Shown in pieces: positions 9,766 to 20,886 of a DNA stretch of 64,000 nt. The stretch spans positions 7,888 through 71,887 of the forward strand of contig OY970382.1 of the NCBI GenBank assembly GCA_963719425.1. The letters are read 5' to 3'. The notes beneath the pieces were generated by a model. It searched no databases and was not told the DNA's origin. It worked only from the letters and a program-made list of their open reading frames with translations. The position numbers and the translations under genes are program-made. The DNA is from an uncultured bacterium. GTDB lineage: Bacteria; Patescibacteriota; Minisyncoccia; UBA6257; 2-01-FULL-56-20. Numbering within the stretch: position 1 is the first letter of the stretch; each line of letters starts with the position of its first letter.

Positions 9766-10316
9766 AATCATTGCCTATGAAAAAAGGATTCACCCTAATG
9801 GAATTGTTGGTTGCCATCGGCTTATTTTCCGTCGTCGTCGCGATCGCGGTGGGTGGGTTTACGAATGCGCTCCGCACGCAGCGTGAGGTCGCGGCGCTCA
9901 TCGCCGCCCAATCAAACGCGGGTCTCGCCCTGGAGCAGATAGCGCGCGAAGTGAGAACCGGGTATTTTTTCTGCCACGACTCCTCCGGCGCGTCAACGTG
10001 CTCTTGTTCGCTCAACGGGTTTGCGCTGACTTGCTCCAATCTCAGCTTTGAAAATGCGTCGGGCGCGGCGGTGGGGTATTCTCTTGCGAATAATGCCCTT
10101 GCGAGGAGCGAAAACGGCAGTCCGGCGCAGCCCATTACGAGCGATAACGTCGCCGTTAGGTATTTGATCTTCACGCTGTTCGGGAACGCCGAAGGCAGTC
10201 AATGGAATCCGCGCATTACGATCTCAATCGGCGTCGCGCCAAACTCTGCCGATCCGGCGCTGCAAAGCGACGTTCTCAATCTCCAGACGACCGTGAGCGC
10301 CCGCGGAGTGTTATAA
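9753..10316 (+). CDS. Minor (pseudo)pilin (MKKG/FTLMELLVAIGLFSVVVAI)
   Basis: Class III signal peptide; overlaps the upstream gene by 13 nt. Confidence 0.7.
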   Translation: MASMKSLPMKKGFTLMELLVAIGLFSVVVAIAVGGFTNALRTQREVAALIAAQSNAGLALEQIAREVRTGYFFCHDSSGASTCSCSLNGFALTCSNLSFENASGAAVGYSLANNALARSENGSPAQPITSDNVAVRYLIFTLFGNAEGSQWNPRITISIGVAPNSADPALQSDVLNLQTTVSARGVL

Positions 10317-10324
10317 TCACTAGG

Positions 10325-10759
10325 ATGAGAATGAAAACAGGGAGTAAGAGGAGTGGGCAAGCGATGCTCCTCTCGGTCTTGGCGCTCGGAGGGGCGATTT
10401 TAGGCGCGACCACGATCGCGGGTTTTTTAATGCTCTACCAAATTAGAGCGACGACGGACTCGGAGAATTCGGCGAAGGCAATCTTTGCGGCGGATTCGGG
10501 CATCGAATGGGCGCTTTTCAGTTTTTATTGCGGGCAAACCGCGCGGTGCACGGTTCCTCCCCCGCTTCCTGGGAATCCGCCGGGCACCTTGGGGGATGGT
10601 GCAGTGGTTGACGTAACCTGCTACGACAGTTCCGGCGTTGCCACGACGACCTGTTATGCCACGACGACCGCAGCCTCGGCCATCGCGATGGGTACCTCAT
10701 TTGATGCGACGCGCGCCTTTTTCCTGGGCCTTGGAAACGCTACCGCGACAGCGCCGTAG
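10325..10759 (+). CDS. Pilin-like protein (PilX-like; SG/QAMLLSVLALGGAILGA)
   Basis: Prepilin-like N-terminus but without Glu at +5; lies in the pilin cluster. Confidence 0.4.
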   Translation: MRMKTGSKRSGQAMLLSVLALGGAILGATTIAGFLMLYQIRATTDSENSAKAIFAADSGIEWALFSFYCGQTARCTVPPPLPGNPPGTLGDGAVVDVTCYDSSGVATTTCYATTTAASAIAMGTSFDATRAFFLGLGNATATAP

Positions 10760-12892
<2,133 letters not shown>

Positions 12893-12896
12893 TGTT

Positions 12897-12972
12897 GCGG
12901 GCGTAGAGGAGCCTGGTCGTCCTCGGATCCCTGTCACGGATCAAATCGTGGGTTCAAATCCCATCGCCCGCG
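12897..12972 (+). tRNA. tRNA-Asp (GTC)
   Basis: Acceptor GCGGGCG/CGCCCGC; anticodon loop CTGTCAC; G73; T-loop TTCAAAT; CCA not encoded. Confidence 0.8.
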
Positions 12973-13106
12973 CACCGATTTTTAACCTTGCAAATCAAAC
13001 TAATTTTTGTACAGGCGAACAGACGTTGAAGCGGGGTTGTTCGAATCCTAGCCTGTGCACAACACAGCCGTTCAGTTAATGGCTACTTTCAGCAGGTCAG
13101 AATATA

Positions 13107-13730
13107 ATGTCCGGTAAAGGTGCACTCATGCAAGACAATAACGCACTCCCTAAACCAGCAATCTTCATATTTGATATCTTTGGTGTACTTTCCGATTCTT
13201 TTAACAACAAGTGGAGAAAAGAAAATCTAAGGGAGAGGCCGGATTTGCAATTGGTTTTTGATGATTTATCTCGCGATATTGATCTTGGCAGGAAATCCCA
13301 GATCGATTTTTATCGTAAAGCGGCAGAAATTTCTGGGAAAAGCCCGGAACAAATCAAGAGTGAAATGGAAGGTGGATTCTTAGTAAACGAACGACTGTTC
13401 GATCTTATAAAAAGACTGAGAAAAAACTACAAGAGTGCGATACTTTCGAATTCTGAAGCTGTATTTGTACGGCAACTCTTTGCAAGTAGCGGTTTCCCCC
13501 TCGAACAGTATTTTGATTTCACCTTCATCTCTTCTGAAATTGGCCTTCTGAAGCCGGCTCCAGAAGCATTCGAATATTGCTTGAAGAAGATAAAGATGAA
13601 ACCCGAAAAATGTCTTTTCGTTGACGATTCCGAGCTTAATCTCTCCGGCGCATCTGAGGCGGGAATGCTTACCTATCACTTTATGACCCAGCAATTATTT
13701 GAGGACTGGGTGACCAAAAGAGGGTTTTAA
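13107..13730 (+). CDS. HAD-superfamily hydrolase
   Basis: Motif I-like IFDIFGVL and C-terminal motif LFVDDSELNLSGASEAG. Confidence 0.55.
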   Translation: MSGKGALMQDNNALPKPAIFIFDIFGVLSDSFNNKWRKENLRERPDLQLVFDDLSRDIDLGRKSQIDFYRKAAEISGKSPEQIKSEMEGGFLVNERLFDLIKRLRKNYKSAILSNSEAVFVRQLFASSGFPLEQYFDFTFISSEIGLLKPAPEAFEYCLKKIKMKPEKCLFVDDSELNLSGASEAGMLTYHFMTQQLFEDWVTKRGF

Positions 13731-13761
13731 AATCGTTCGAAGATCGTCCAGGCCCGTGCAC
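13729..13761 (+). promoter_or_regulatory. Conserved intergenic motif, copy 5 (AAAATCGTTCGAAGATCGTCCAGGCCCGTGCAC)
   Basis: Near-identical to copy 1; begins at the HAD stop codon. Confidence 0.6.
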
Positions 13762-13762
13762 A

Positions 13763-14821
13763 ATGTATGGCATTGTGACGACGCAGCAAGGTTTAGCGAC
13801 CCTGTGGATTGCGCATCTCCTTGTACGCATTTCGATGTTGTATAATGAAAGCATGGTTCAGGACCAGCTTGTTGAGTATATTTCGTCACAGATGAAGCTT
13901 GGGGTTTCACGCGAGACGATCAAGGCAACGCTCACTAGTGCCGGATGGGCAGTAGCGGATGTGGAGGATACCCTTAAAAAGGTAGAGGGCGGCGCGGCCA
14001 AGCCCGCCGTGATTGCGAGTACGACACCTGGGACCGCAACGCCATCAAGCGTGATGCCAATGGGTACTTCGCCAAAGCCGGCATCCACCCCGACCAGCTT
14101 TTCCCCGTCTGTGGCGGGCGGTGGTGCGGCGAAGGGTGCGGAGCCGCAGACCATACGGGTGAGCGATTTGGTTTCCGCGAGCGTCGTCGCAGGCCCCTTT
14201 GCGGATCCAACCAAAAGCGCTGTTAAGAAAAATTCTCCGATTGATCCCACGCGCATTGGAGGAGTGCCCCGAAGCGGCCGCGTTATGATGATCGTCGGGA
14301 TAATCATCATCGTTGTCCTCGGCGCTCTCGCGGGATATCTTTACTTCCAGAACAACGGTCTTGCGGCTCAAGTTGCATCGCTTGGCGCTCAAAGTGCCGA
14401 TGTAGCATCGCGCGTTTCTTCTTTAAATGCCCAGGTCCAAGCGTTTGACGCCTCAAATACCGCGCTTACGGCACAGGTGGCGTCGCTCACGGGAGAGAAC
14501 GCCGACCTTCTCACCAATCTTTCGTTCGCTGCGCTGCCGCCGCTTTCTTCCAGCACACCCGCGAGCGAGACCGTTTCAATAAGCGGCACGCTCACGGGAG
14601 GAAAATCGTCGTACGCCCTTACGACGCAGTACGGCGTTGTCGTCTATGTGAAAAACGCGATGGATGCCAATGTTGCCGCGGCGCTGAAGCCGCTCCTTGC
14701 AAGTACGAGCACCGTGTCACTCGTGGGAACCCATGTGCCTGGTTCGCAATATATAACAGTGACTGCTGTCAATGGTTCCGCCACGAAGAGCACTGCCACA
14801 AGCAGTTCCACCACCCCTTAG
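13763..14821 (+). CDS. Hypothetical membrane protein (one TM; Ala/Ser/Thr-rich; coiled-coil-like AQVASL repeats)
   Basis: ORF with TM segment MMIVGIIIIVVLGALAGYLYF. Alternative start ATG at 13852, directly after TATAAT at 13843. Confidence 0.45.
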   Translation: MYGIVTTQQGLATLWIAHLLVRISMLYNESMVQDQLVEYISSQMKLGVSRETIKATLTSAGWAVADVEDTLKKVEGGAAKPAVIASTTPGTATPSSVMPMGTSPKPASTPTSFSPSVAGGGAAKGAEPQTIRVSDLVSASVVAGPFADPTKSAVKKNSPIDPTRIGGVPRSGRVMMIVGIIIIVVLGALAGYLYFQNNGLAAQVASLGAQSADVASRVSSLNAQVQAFDASNTALTAQVASLTGENADLLTNLSFAALPPLSSSTPASETVSISGTLTGGKSSYALTTQYGVVVYVKNAMDANVAAALKPLLASTSTVSLVGTHVPGSQYITVTAVNGSATKSTATSSSTTP

Positions 14822-14823
14822 CG

Positions 14824-16263
14824 TTATTTTTCATAAAGCTGGCCGAGGCCAAGGATGTCTTCCTCGCGCCATTTTTTTCCAATAAGCTGGAAGCCGATCG
14901 GCAGTTCCTTCGGTGCGAGCGCCGAGACCGGCGTTGTGGGGATAGAGATTGCGGGAAGGCCGGCGAGTTTGACTTGGATCATGAAAATATCGGAGAGATA
15001 CATCGTGAGGGGATCGTCAACTTTTTCGCCGATTTTGAACGCTGGCGTTGGAGCAACCGGCGTAAGGATGACGTCCACTTTTCTGAACGCTTCATCAAAA
15101 TCCTGCTTGATGAGTGTCCGCACTCTTTGGGCTTTCTCGTAGTAGGCGTCGTAATATCCCGAGGAGAGCACGAAAGTTCCGAGAATGATCCGTCGTTTGG
15201 CTTCGGGCCCGAAGCCAGCACTCTTCTCACGGAAATAAAGTTCGCTCAAGGACTCTTCCTTTCCTTTCCCACTGGCGTCTTTTACGCTCCGTGCATAGCG
15301 GATGCCGTCAAACCGCGCGAGATTGGAGCTTACTTCCGCAGGCACGATGATATAATAGCAGGAAAGACCGTACTTCGTATGTGGCAAGGAAATTTTTTTA
15401 AATCGGAGACCCAAGTTTTTTAGTTTTTGTATTGCGGACTCCACGGCACGGCTCACTTCCCACGAGATACCATCAATAAAATACTCATCTGGTAGCCCGA
15501 TGGTAAGCGATTTCGTCGTCTCGCCGTAGTCGGCGGGGACGCTCGTGGCGTCAAGTGGGTCTTGTCCTGCGATCGCCTTGAAGAGGATTGTGGCGTCTTC
15601 TACGGTCTTTGTGAGCGGTCCGATTTGGTCCAAACTGGAGGTCATTGCCATAAGCCCGGAGCGGGAGACGGCGCCATAGGTAGGATTCAGGCCCACGACG
15701 CCGCAGAAGCTCGCGGGTAATCGGATAGAGCCCCCGGTGTCGGAGCCGAGCGCGGCTACGGTAAGATCTGCCGCGACCGCTGCGGCAGAACCGCCCGAGG
15801 AGCCGCCCGGGACGCGGTCAAGATCGCGTGGGTTGTGCGTGAGCTGAAATGCGGAATTTTCCGTGGATGATCCCATGGCAAACTCGTCCAGGTTCGTTTT
15901 CCCAAGGAAGACTGCCCTCTCCTTTTTTAATTTTTGAATGACGCCCGCGTCGTAAGAGGCTACGTAATTTTCAAGGATCTTTGACGCCGCGGTCGCCGGT
16001 TGGCCCTTGATCAAAATGACGTCTTTAATTGCGAGAGGAACGCCCGCAAGTGTCCCAATCTCCTCATTTCTTGCGAGCGCGATATCCACCTCTTCCGCCT
16101 GCCGTAGCGCCGATTCCTCCGCTAAGCTCAGATACGCGCCGATCTTTTTGTCCTGCGCCTTGATCTGCTCGAGATACGCTTGCGTGATCTCAAGCGCGGA
16201 GAATTTCTTGGCGAGCAATCCTTCGTGGAATTTTTTTATGGTGAGATTGCGGAGGAGCTCCAT
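14824..16263 (-). CDS. gatA: Glutamyl/aspartyl-tRNA amidotransferase subunit A
   Basis: Amidase signature GGSSGGSAAAVAA...GSDTGGSIRLPA. Start at MELLRN. Confidence 0.85.
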   Translation of the reverse strand: MELLRNLTIKKFHEGLLAKKFSALEITQAYLEQIKAQDKKIGAYLSLAEESALRQAEEVDIALARNEEIGTLAGVPLAIKDVILIKGQPATAASKILENYVASYDAGVIQKLKKERAVFLGKTNLDEFAMGSSTENSAFQLTHNPRDLDRVPGGSSGGSAAAVAADLTVAALGSDTGGSIRLPASFCGVVGLNPTYGAVSRSGLMAMTSSLDQIGPLTKTVEDATILFKAIAGQDPLDATSVPADYGETTKSLTIGLPDEYFIDGISWEVSRAVESAIQKLKNLGLRFKKISLPHTKYGLSCYYIIVPAEVSSNLARFDGIRYARSVKDASGKGKEESLSELYFREKSAGFGPEAKRRIILGTFVLSSGYYDAYYEKAQRVRTLIKQDFDEAFRKVDVILTPVAPTPAFKIGEKVDDPLTMYLSDIFMIQVKLAGLPAISIPTTPVSALAPKELPIGFQLIGKKWREEDILGLGQLYEK

Positions 16264-16279
16264 GGCGCAATTTGCTGTA

Positions 16280-16582
16280 TTATTCAAACACTGGCGGCAC
16301 TTTGAGGTAGCCGCCTTTTTTCTCGGGGAACGCTTCTGTGCCCGCACCGCGGTTCGTGTTCTCGCGCTCCGTGTCGTCGCGGAACACGTTGCGCAGATCT
16401 GTCCCGCCAGTCATCGGCGGAACGTTGGACGTGTCAAGCTCCTGCAGTTCTTTGAAATAATCCAGGATGCTGCCCAGATCTTTCAAAAGTTTTTCCTCTT
16501 CCTTCGGATCAAGCGATAGGCGCGCGAGCTTTGCCAAGTGCTCCAGTTCACGCTTGGTAATTGCGGATGCCATGCTTTGCAT
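16280..16582 (-). CDS. gatC: Glutamyl/aspartyl-tRNA amidotransferase subunit C
   Basis: ~97 aa; ITKRELEHLAKLARLSLDPKEEEKL pattern; immediately upstream of gatA. Confidence 0.75.
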   Translation of the reverse strand: MQSMASAITKRELEHLAKLARLSLDPKEEEKLLKDLGSILDYFKELQELDTSNVPPMTGGTDLRNVFRDDTERENTNRGAGTEAFPEKKGGYLKVPPVFE

Positions 16583-16600
16583 TCTAGCCCGAACGCAGGA

Positions 16601-17962
16601 TTATTTCAATTTTCGGACAAGCGTTTTGAATTGTTCGCCGCGGTCGGCGTAGTTCTTAAACTGATCAAAGCTCGCCGCGCCGGGAGAGAACAGCACGACC
16701 GGCCGCTTTGATGCGGTCAGCGCTTTTTTTGCGGTTGCTTCGGCGGCCCGGTAGGCGGCCTGCGCGGCAGCGCGAAGATCCGGGACAAGTTCAATAGCGC
16801 GATAATCTGGCGCGCGCCGGACCGGCGCCTCGCGCGTCGCCTTGATTGCGCGCCATATCTTTCTTCGGTTTTGTCCAAAAAGCACCACGCGAACCACGCG
16901 TGTTTTCTTGAGCGCACGCGCAAGCGGCGCATAGTCCAGATTTTTGTCCCTCCCGCCCGCAATGAGAACTATGGGATGATCGGGGAATGCTCGCACGGCG
17001 GCGGCGGTCGTCTGCGGGTTCGTTGAGGCGGAATCGTTATAGAACGCGATGCCATTGACCTTCCGCACGAATTCAAGGCGGTGCTCGTTGCCCGGGAACG
17101 ATTTTACAACGCGTGTGATCGCGCGGTTCGGGACGCCGAGGGCGTGTGCGACGGCCACTGCCATTACGGCGTTTTTGAAATTATGGTATCCGGGCATCGC
17201 AAGGTCTTCCGGTGCGAAAAGGCCGAAGCGCTTTTCGTCCACGGCGGTCTTTTTGCCGCGCCCATGGCGCGCCGTCCACGCGCTCCTACGGTTGTTCTTG
17301 AAGAAGAAAATTTTGTCGCGCGGCGACTGGAATCGTGCAATGTTCGTCTTTACCCCGTAATATTCCTTGAGATTTTTGTGCGCATCCTGGTGATCAGGGA
17401 ACGTATCAAGAACGACGGCGATCGGCGGGGAAGTTTTGAGGTCCTGGAGTTGGAAACTGGAAAGCTCGAGGATGACAAGCGAGTTTTTTTTAAGCTTCGG
17501 CAGGATCTCAAGCGCCGGCGTGCCCACGTTACCTGCAAGATAGACGTCGCGATGAGCGGCCTTCAATACCTTATAGAGGAGCGTCGCTGTTGTGCCTTTG
17601 CCTTTGGTCCCCGTGATGCCGATGATCTTCGCCGGGCAGTATTCAAAAAAGAGGGCCATCAAGCTGGAAAATGGCACGCCCCTTCGCCGCGCGCGCACGA
17701 GCGCGGGGAGCATATAGGGAACGCCCGGGGAGCGCAGCATAAGGTCAAAATCCTCAAGGCGTGCGAGATAATTTCTGCCGAGCCGCGCGCGAACCCCCTT
17801 CGGAACCTTTATGGCTTCGTTTTTGTCTAAGATCCAAATTTCCGCGCCACGGAACCCGCGCCTAGCTTTTATAAACTTCAAGAGCGATTGCCCCTCGCGA
17901 CCAAAACCAAGAAGCCCAACCTTCATTATTGTTATCATCACACCCTTCGTCTTTTTTGACAA
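16601..17962 (-). CDS. murD: UDP-N-acetylmuramoylalanine--D-glutamate ligase
   Basis: N-terminal Rossmann GLLGFGREG; Mur ligase P-loop GITGTKGKGTTATL; Mur ligase C-terminal domain. Confidence 0.75.
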   Translation of the reverse strand: MSKKTKGVMITIMKVGLLGFGREGQSLLKFIKARRGFRGAEIWILDKNEAIKVPKGVRARLGRNYLARLEDFDLMLRSPGVPYMLPALVRARRRGVPFSSLMALFFEYCPAKIIGITGTKGKGTTATLLYKVLKAAHRDVYLAGNVGTPALEILPKLKKNSLVILELSSFQLQDLKTSPPIAVVLDTFPDHQDAHKNLKEYYGVKTNIARFQSPRDKIFFFKNNRRSAWTARHGRGKKTAVDEKRFGLFAPEDLAMPGYHNFKNAVMAVAVAHALGVPNRAITRVVKSFPGNEHRLEFVRKVNGIAFYNDSASTNPQTTAAAVRAFPDHPIVLIAGGRDKNLDYAPLARALKKTRVVRVVLFGQNRRKIWRAIKATREAPVRRAPDYRAIELVPDLRAAAQAAYRAAEATAKKALTASKRPVVLFSPGAASFDQFKNYADRGEQFKTLVRKLK

Positions 17963-17985
17963 TGTATTAAAAAGTTATTTAGAAT
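17956..17985 (+). promoter_or_regulatory. Candidate promoter TTGACA-N18-TAGAAT facing the GC-rich structured region and tRNA-Met
   Basis: TTGACA at 17956-17961 and TAGAAT at 17980-17985; divergent from the murD start. Confidence 0.4.
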
Positions 17986-17994
17986 TGGTTGACG

Positions 17995-18240
17995 GGCGTT
18001 TTGTGTCAATCGCGCGGGAGGGTTGGGAATGGTTTTCCGGGGAGCCCCATAAGCTCCCGAAGCCGGTCCGATTCCGGCCCCCGCAACAAGCTTCGATCTT
18101 CCTCCCGAAAGGGACGGCGTCGCTCGCTCCGGCGGGCGAGCGCGCCTCGCTCTCGCCACGGCAGGCGACCTAGAGGTCGCCTCAAGCCGCCGTGGCTCCG
18201 AGGCGCCCTTTCGGAAGGAAGATCTCCGCTATGTTGTTCG
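17995..18240 (+). ncRNA. GC-rich highly structured region (candidate ncRNA or tRNA leader)
   Basis: Long-range 19-bp pairing of GATCTTCCTCCCGAAAGGG (18095-18113) with CCCTTTCGGAAGGAAGATC (18206-18224); internal hairpins GGAGC..GCTCC and GGCGACC-TAGA-GGTCGCC; no coding signal. Confidence 0.3.
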
Positions 18241-18279
18241 CTTTACGGGGAAGCGGGAAAATAATATAGTAGTGCTTGA

Positions 18280-18351
18280 GCCGGCGTAGCTCAGTGGCAG
18301 AGCAGGGCTTTCATAAGGCCAAGGTCACAGGTTCGAATCCTGTCGCCGGCA
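18280..18351 (+). tRNA. tRNA-Met (CAT) elongator type (or tRNA-Ile2 if lysidinylated)
   Basis: Acceptor GCCGGCG/CGCCGGC with G1:C72; D-arm GCTCAGTGGCAGAGC; anticodon loop TTCATAA; T-loop TTCGAAT; CCA not encoded. Confidence 0.75.
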
Positions 18352-18366
18352 CCCAATCCGTGCCCC

Positions 18367-18395
18367 TTGACACGGTTTTGATTGTTTGGTATACT
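18367..18395 (+). promoter_or_regulatory. Near-consensus promoter TTGACA-N17-TATACT
   Basis: TTGACA at 18367-18372 and TATACT at 18390-18395; shares CTTGACACGGTTTTG with the promoter at 23367. Confidence 0.55.
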
Positions 18396-18440
18396 TTAAG
18401 CATAAATGTCAGCGTTGTATGATAATAAGAAATAAGAAGT

Positions 18441-19253
18441 ATGAAACCAGAACAAATCCCGGGTCCCCGGGAGAAAACACCAGCCGTTCAGGGCGGAGAG
18501 AAAAGACCTGACCAGGAGCAGGTCATTGATGTCGGAGAACTGATGAAACAACCCGAGTATGCAAGGGCGGTAGCGGCTAGGAAACAGGAACAAAATTATA
18601 TCCCTCTGCGGGGCACCATGGAGATGTTGGGAGTGAACCCGGAGGATGCGCTAAAGAAGAATCAAGTTGAAGGACCCACATACCGTGAAATTGCCGGGCA
18701 GTACCTTGCGGCGGCTGCGGAAAGGGTTAGCAGTCTTAAGGGCAGGATTGGAGGTTTTATTAATAACGCGGGGCATAAGTTAGTGTCCTTCGGTTTGGAG
18801 ATGCAGGGGGGAACGTTGGGGGAAAGGCGTGAAAATCAGACCGGTAAAGAAACCGGAGAAAAACCGTCCACCAATGTCCGATTCTTCAGCAAAGCACAAA
18901 TTGATGTTGCGCTGGGGAGGACTAATCCTCAGCGCCCGGAGGTAGCAGCGGCTGGACAGCAGGGAGAACGGATGGGGGGACCAGCGGAGAAGGTGAGAGG
19001 AAGGTATGGCGAAGTAGTGGATGCCGGCATGGCCCAGTACGCTGCCCTTATGCAACGGGCGGACGGTGCGCAAACCGCGCTCCAAACGGCAGCTGAGTTA
19101 GCACGCCGAGGGCAAGAGCGAAAAGCGCGCGAAATGGGGAAGGCCGAGGCCCATAGAGAATATGGCAAACGACTGCTTGATATGATGATGGCTCGGGCTC
19201 GCCTTGCCGAGGTCAAGCTTCGGCTGCGGCAGCTGGAAGGAGCAGCTGCTTAA
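18441..19253 (+). CDS. Hypothetical protein (charged, coiled-coil-rich)
   Basis: 270-aa ORF downstream of a strong promoter; no recognisable motifs. Confidence 0.45.
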   Translation: MKPEQIPGPREKTPAVQGGEKRPDQEQVIDVGELMKQPEYARAVAARKQEQNYIPLRGTMEMLGVNPEDALKKNQVEGPTYREIAGQYLAAAAERVSSLKGRIGGFINNAGHKLVSFGLEMQGGTLGERRENQTGKETGEKPSTNVRFFSKAQIDVALGRTNPQRPEVAAAGQQGERMGGPAEKVRGRYGEVVDAGMAQYAALMQRADGAQTALQTAAELARRGQERKAREMGKAEAHREYGKRLLDMMMARARLAEVKLRLRQLEGAAA

Positions 19254-19271
19254 TTCTTAAATCTGCGCAAC

Positions 19272-19622
19272 ATGAGTAAAGAAGAAATGGAAAATCTTAT
19301 CGGGGGAATGCCACTTGACGATGGCGAGAAAGCGGCCCTGGTGAGCGACCTCAATAGCGGTATGCCCGCGCAGAAGATTATTGAGAAAATCGAATTGCTC
19401 CTTGCGGCAAAAGAAAAGGCATTGGACGATGCGGATCCCGAAGCCGCCGCGGCGCACGTTGCGATTAAACGTGAGTACCAAGAAGAGATTCAGAAAGCGG
19501 CAGCGGAGTTTGATGGGAAAATGAAGCAGATCTGGCAGGAGGCCGATGCCGTTGCAAAAGACGTTTCCCGGCAGCTGGACGGTGTCCGCGCCGACGAGAT
19601 CAAAGAGGGAATTCAGGGGTAG
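19272..19622 (+). CDS. Hypothetical small acidic protein
   Basis: 116-aa ORF immediately downstream of the previous gene. Confidence 0.4.
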   Translation: MSKEEMENLIGGMPLDDGEKAALVSDLNSGMPAQKIIEKIELLLAAKEKALDDADPEAAAAHVAIKREYQEEIQKAAAEFDGKMKQIWQEADAVAKDVSRQLDGVRADEIKEGIQG

Positions 19623-19721
19623 CCCGCTAGTTCTTTTTTCGTTCTCGCCATCTTGTTTCCGAGGTGGAATTTTGTTGCTGTTCGTCGTCACCCCTGTTAA
19701 ACTTAATGAAATAGTTGCCTT

Positions 19722-20864
19722 ATGACTGCCGAAATCGTTATCACATCACCGGAAGAGAAATCCCTCCAGGCGGAGATTGAGAGGAGAAGCGACGCGGAAG
19801 GGGCACGCATGCTGCGGTTCATGCGGATGCCGGACCTTTCGCGCACGAAAGGGAGCCCGATTTGCGAAATTGTGCAGCGTATCGTGGCACTCCCGGATTT
19901 CAAGACATTCGACGTTGTGCAGGTGCCGGAGATTGTGCCCGCGCGGGAGAGTTTTGATCTTTTTAATTTTCCGCCCGACCATCCCGCCCGCAGCCGCTCC
20001 GACACGTATTACGTGAACAACGACTACATTTTGCGCACGCACACCACGATCATGTGGTATTACTGGCTCGGCCTTTCCAAGGTGAAAGAGAAAATGCAGC
20101 GTGGGGAAGCAGTGGGCGCCTTGTGCTACGGCAAGGTATATCGCAAGGACGAGATAGACCGTGAGCACATGAACATATTCCACCAGATGGACGGTTGGTA
20201 TCTTTGTCGCCGAGAGGAAAAAGAGATAGGCCTGGAAGACCTGAAAGCCGTTTTGGTAAAGATCGCGCAGGCAATTTACGGGCCGGACATCAAGTATCGT
20301 TTCAATAAAGATACGTTTCCCTACACGGATCCGAGCTTGGAGATGGAAATAGAAGTGGGGGGGCGCTGGGTGGAGGTCTTGGGCAGTGGCGTCGTACAGC
20401 CGAAGGTTTTGGACAACTTCGGCGTTGATTCTCGCGTTTGGAATGGCTGGGCGTTTGGCTTCGGCCTGGAGCGGCTTGCCATCTTGAGCATGCAGCTTCC
20501 CGACATCCGGCTCTTGTGGTCGCGGGACCTGCGCGTCACGCGCCAGCTCCGCCTTGGGAATGCTTATAAAGAGGTAAGTAAATTCCCTCCCGTCAGCCGC
20601 GATATTTCGTTCGTCGTGGGCGCGGGCTTCGTGCCCAATAATTATTTTGATGTTATCCGCGACATCGGTGGCGACCTTGTGGAAGAGGTGGCATTGCTTG
20701 ATAAGTATGAAAATCCGGAAAAATTCGGCAAAGGGAAAACAAGCTATACCTTCCGCGTGGTCTATCGCGGGAACGACAGGACGCTCACAAACGCGGAGGT
20801 GGACGTGATACATCACGCGCTTGAAGGAAAGACTGCCGACGAGTTCGGCGGAACGGTACGGTAG
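19722..20864 (+). CDS. pheS: Phenylalanine--tRNA ligase alpha-type catalytic subunit fused to a C-terminal FDX-ACB anticodon-binding domain
   Basis: Class II motifs (FPYTDPSLEMEI; motif 3 GWAFGFGLERLAILSM); ~95-aa C-terminal extension KFPPVSRDISFVV...YRGNDRTLTNAEVD resembling the PheT / mitochondrial PheRS FDX-ACB domain. Confidence 0.75.
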   Translation: MTAEIVITSPEEKSLQAEIERRSDAEGARMLRFMRMPDLSRTKGSPICEIVQRIVALPDFKTFDVVQVPEIVPARESFDLFNFPPDHPARSRSDTYYVNNDYILRTHTTIMWYYWLGLSKVKEKMQRGEAVGALCYGKVYRKDEIDREHMNIFHQMDGWYLCRREEKEIGLEDLKAVLVKIAQAIYGPDIKYRFNKDTFPYTDPSLEMEIEVGGRWVEVLGSGVVQPKVLDNFGVDSRVWNGWAFGFGLERLAILSMQLPDIRLLWSRDLRVTRQLRLGNAYKEVSKFPPVSRDISFVVGAGFVPNNYFDVIRDIGGDLVEEVALLDKYENPEKFGKGKTSYTFRVVYRGNDRTLTNAEVDVIHHALEGKTADEFGGTVR

Positions 20865-20886
20865 TATTTCCGTTATAGTTAAGGAG

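Noticed and set aside
13009-13060. tRNA-like 3' fragment (GTACAGG...GGGGTTGTTCGAATCCTAGCCTGTGCAC) downstream of tRNA-Asp
   Set aside because: It has an acceptor-like pairing and a TTCGAAT T-loop, but it is only ~50 nt long, lacks D and anticodon arms, and the T-stem does not pair. It is probably a tRNA remnant rather than a gene.
17989-18264. Arg/Ser-rich 91-aa ORF and the antisense ORF 17938-18159
   Set aside because: They lie within the GC-rich structured region. The composition-driven low-complexity translation has no RBS. The region is interpreted as RNA or structural instead.
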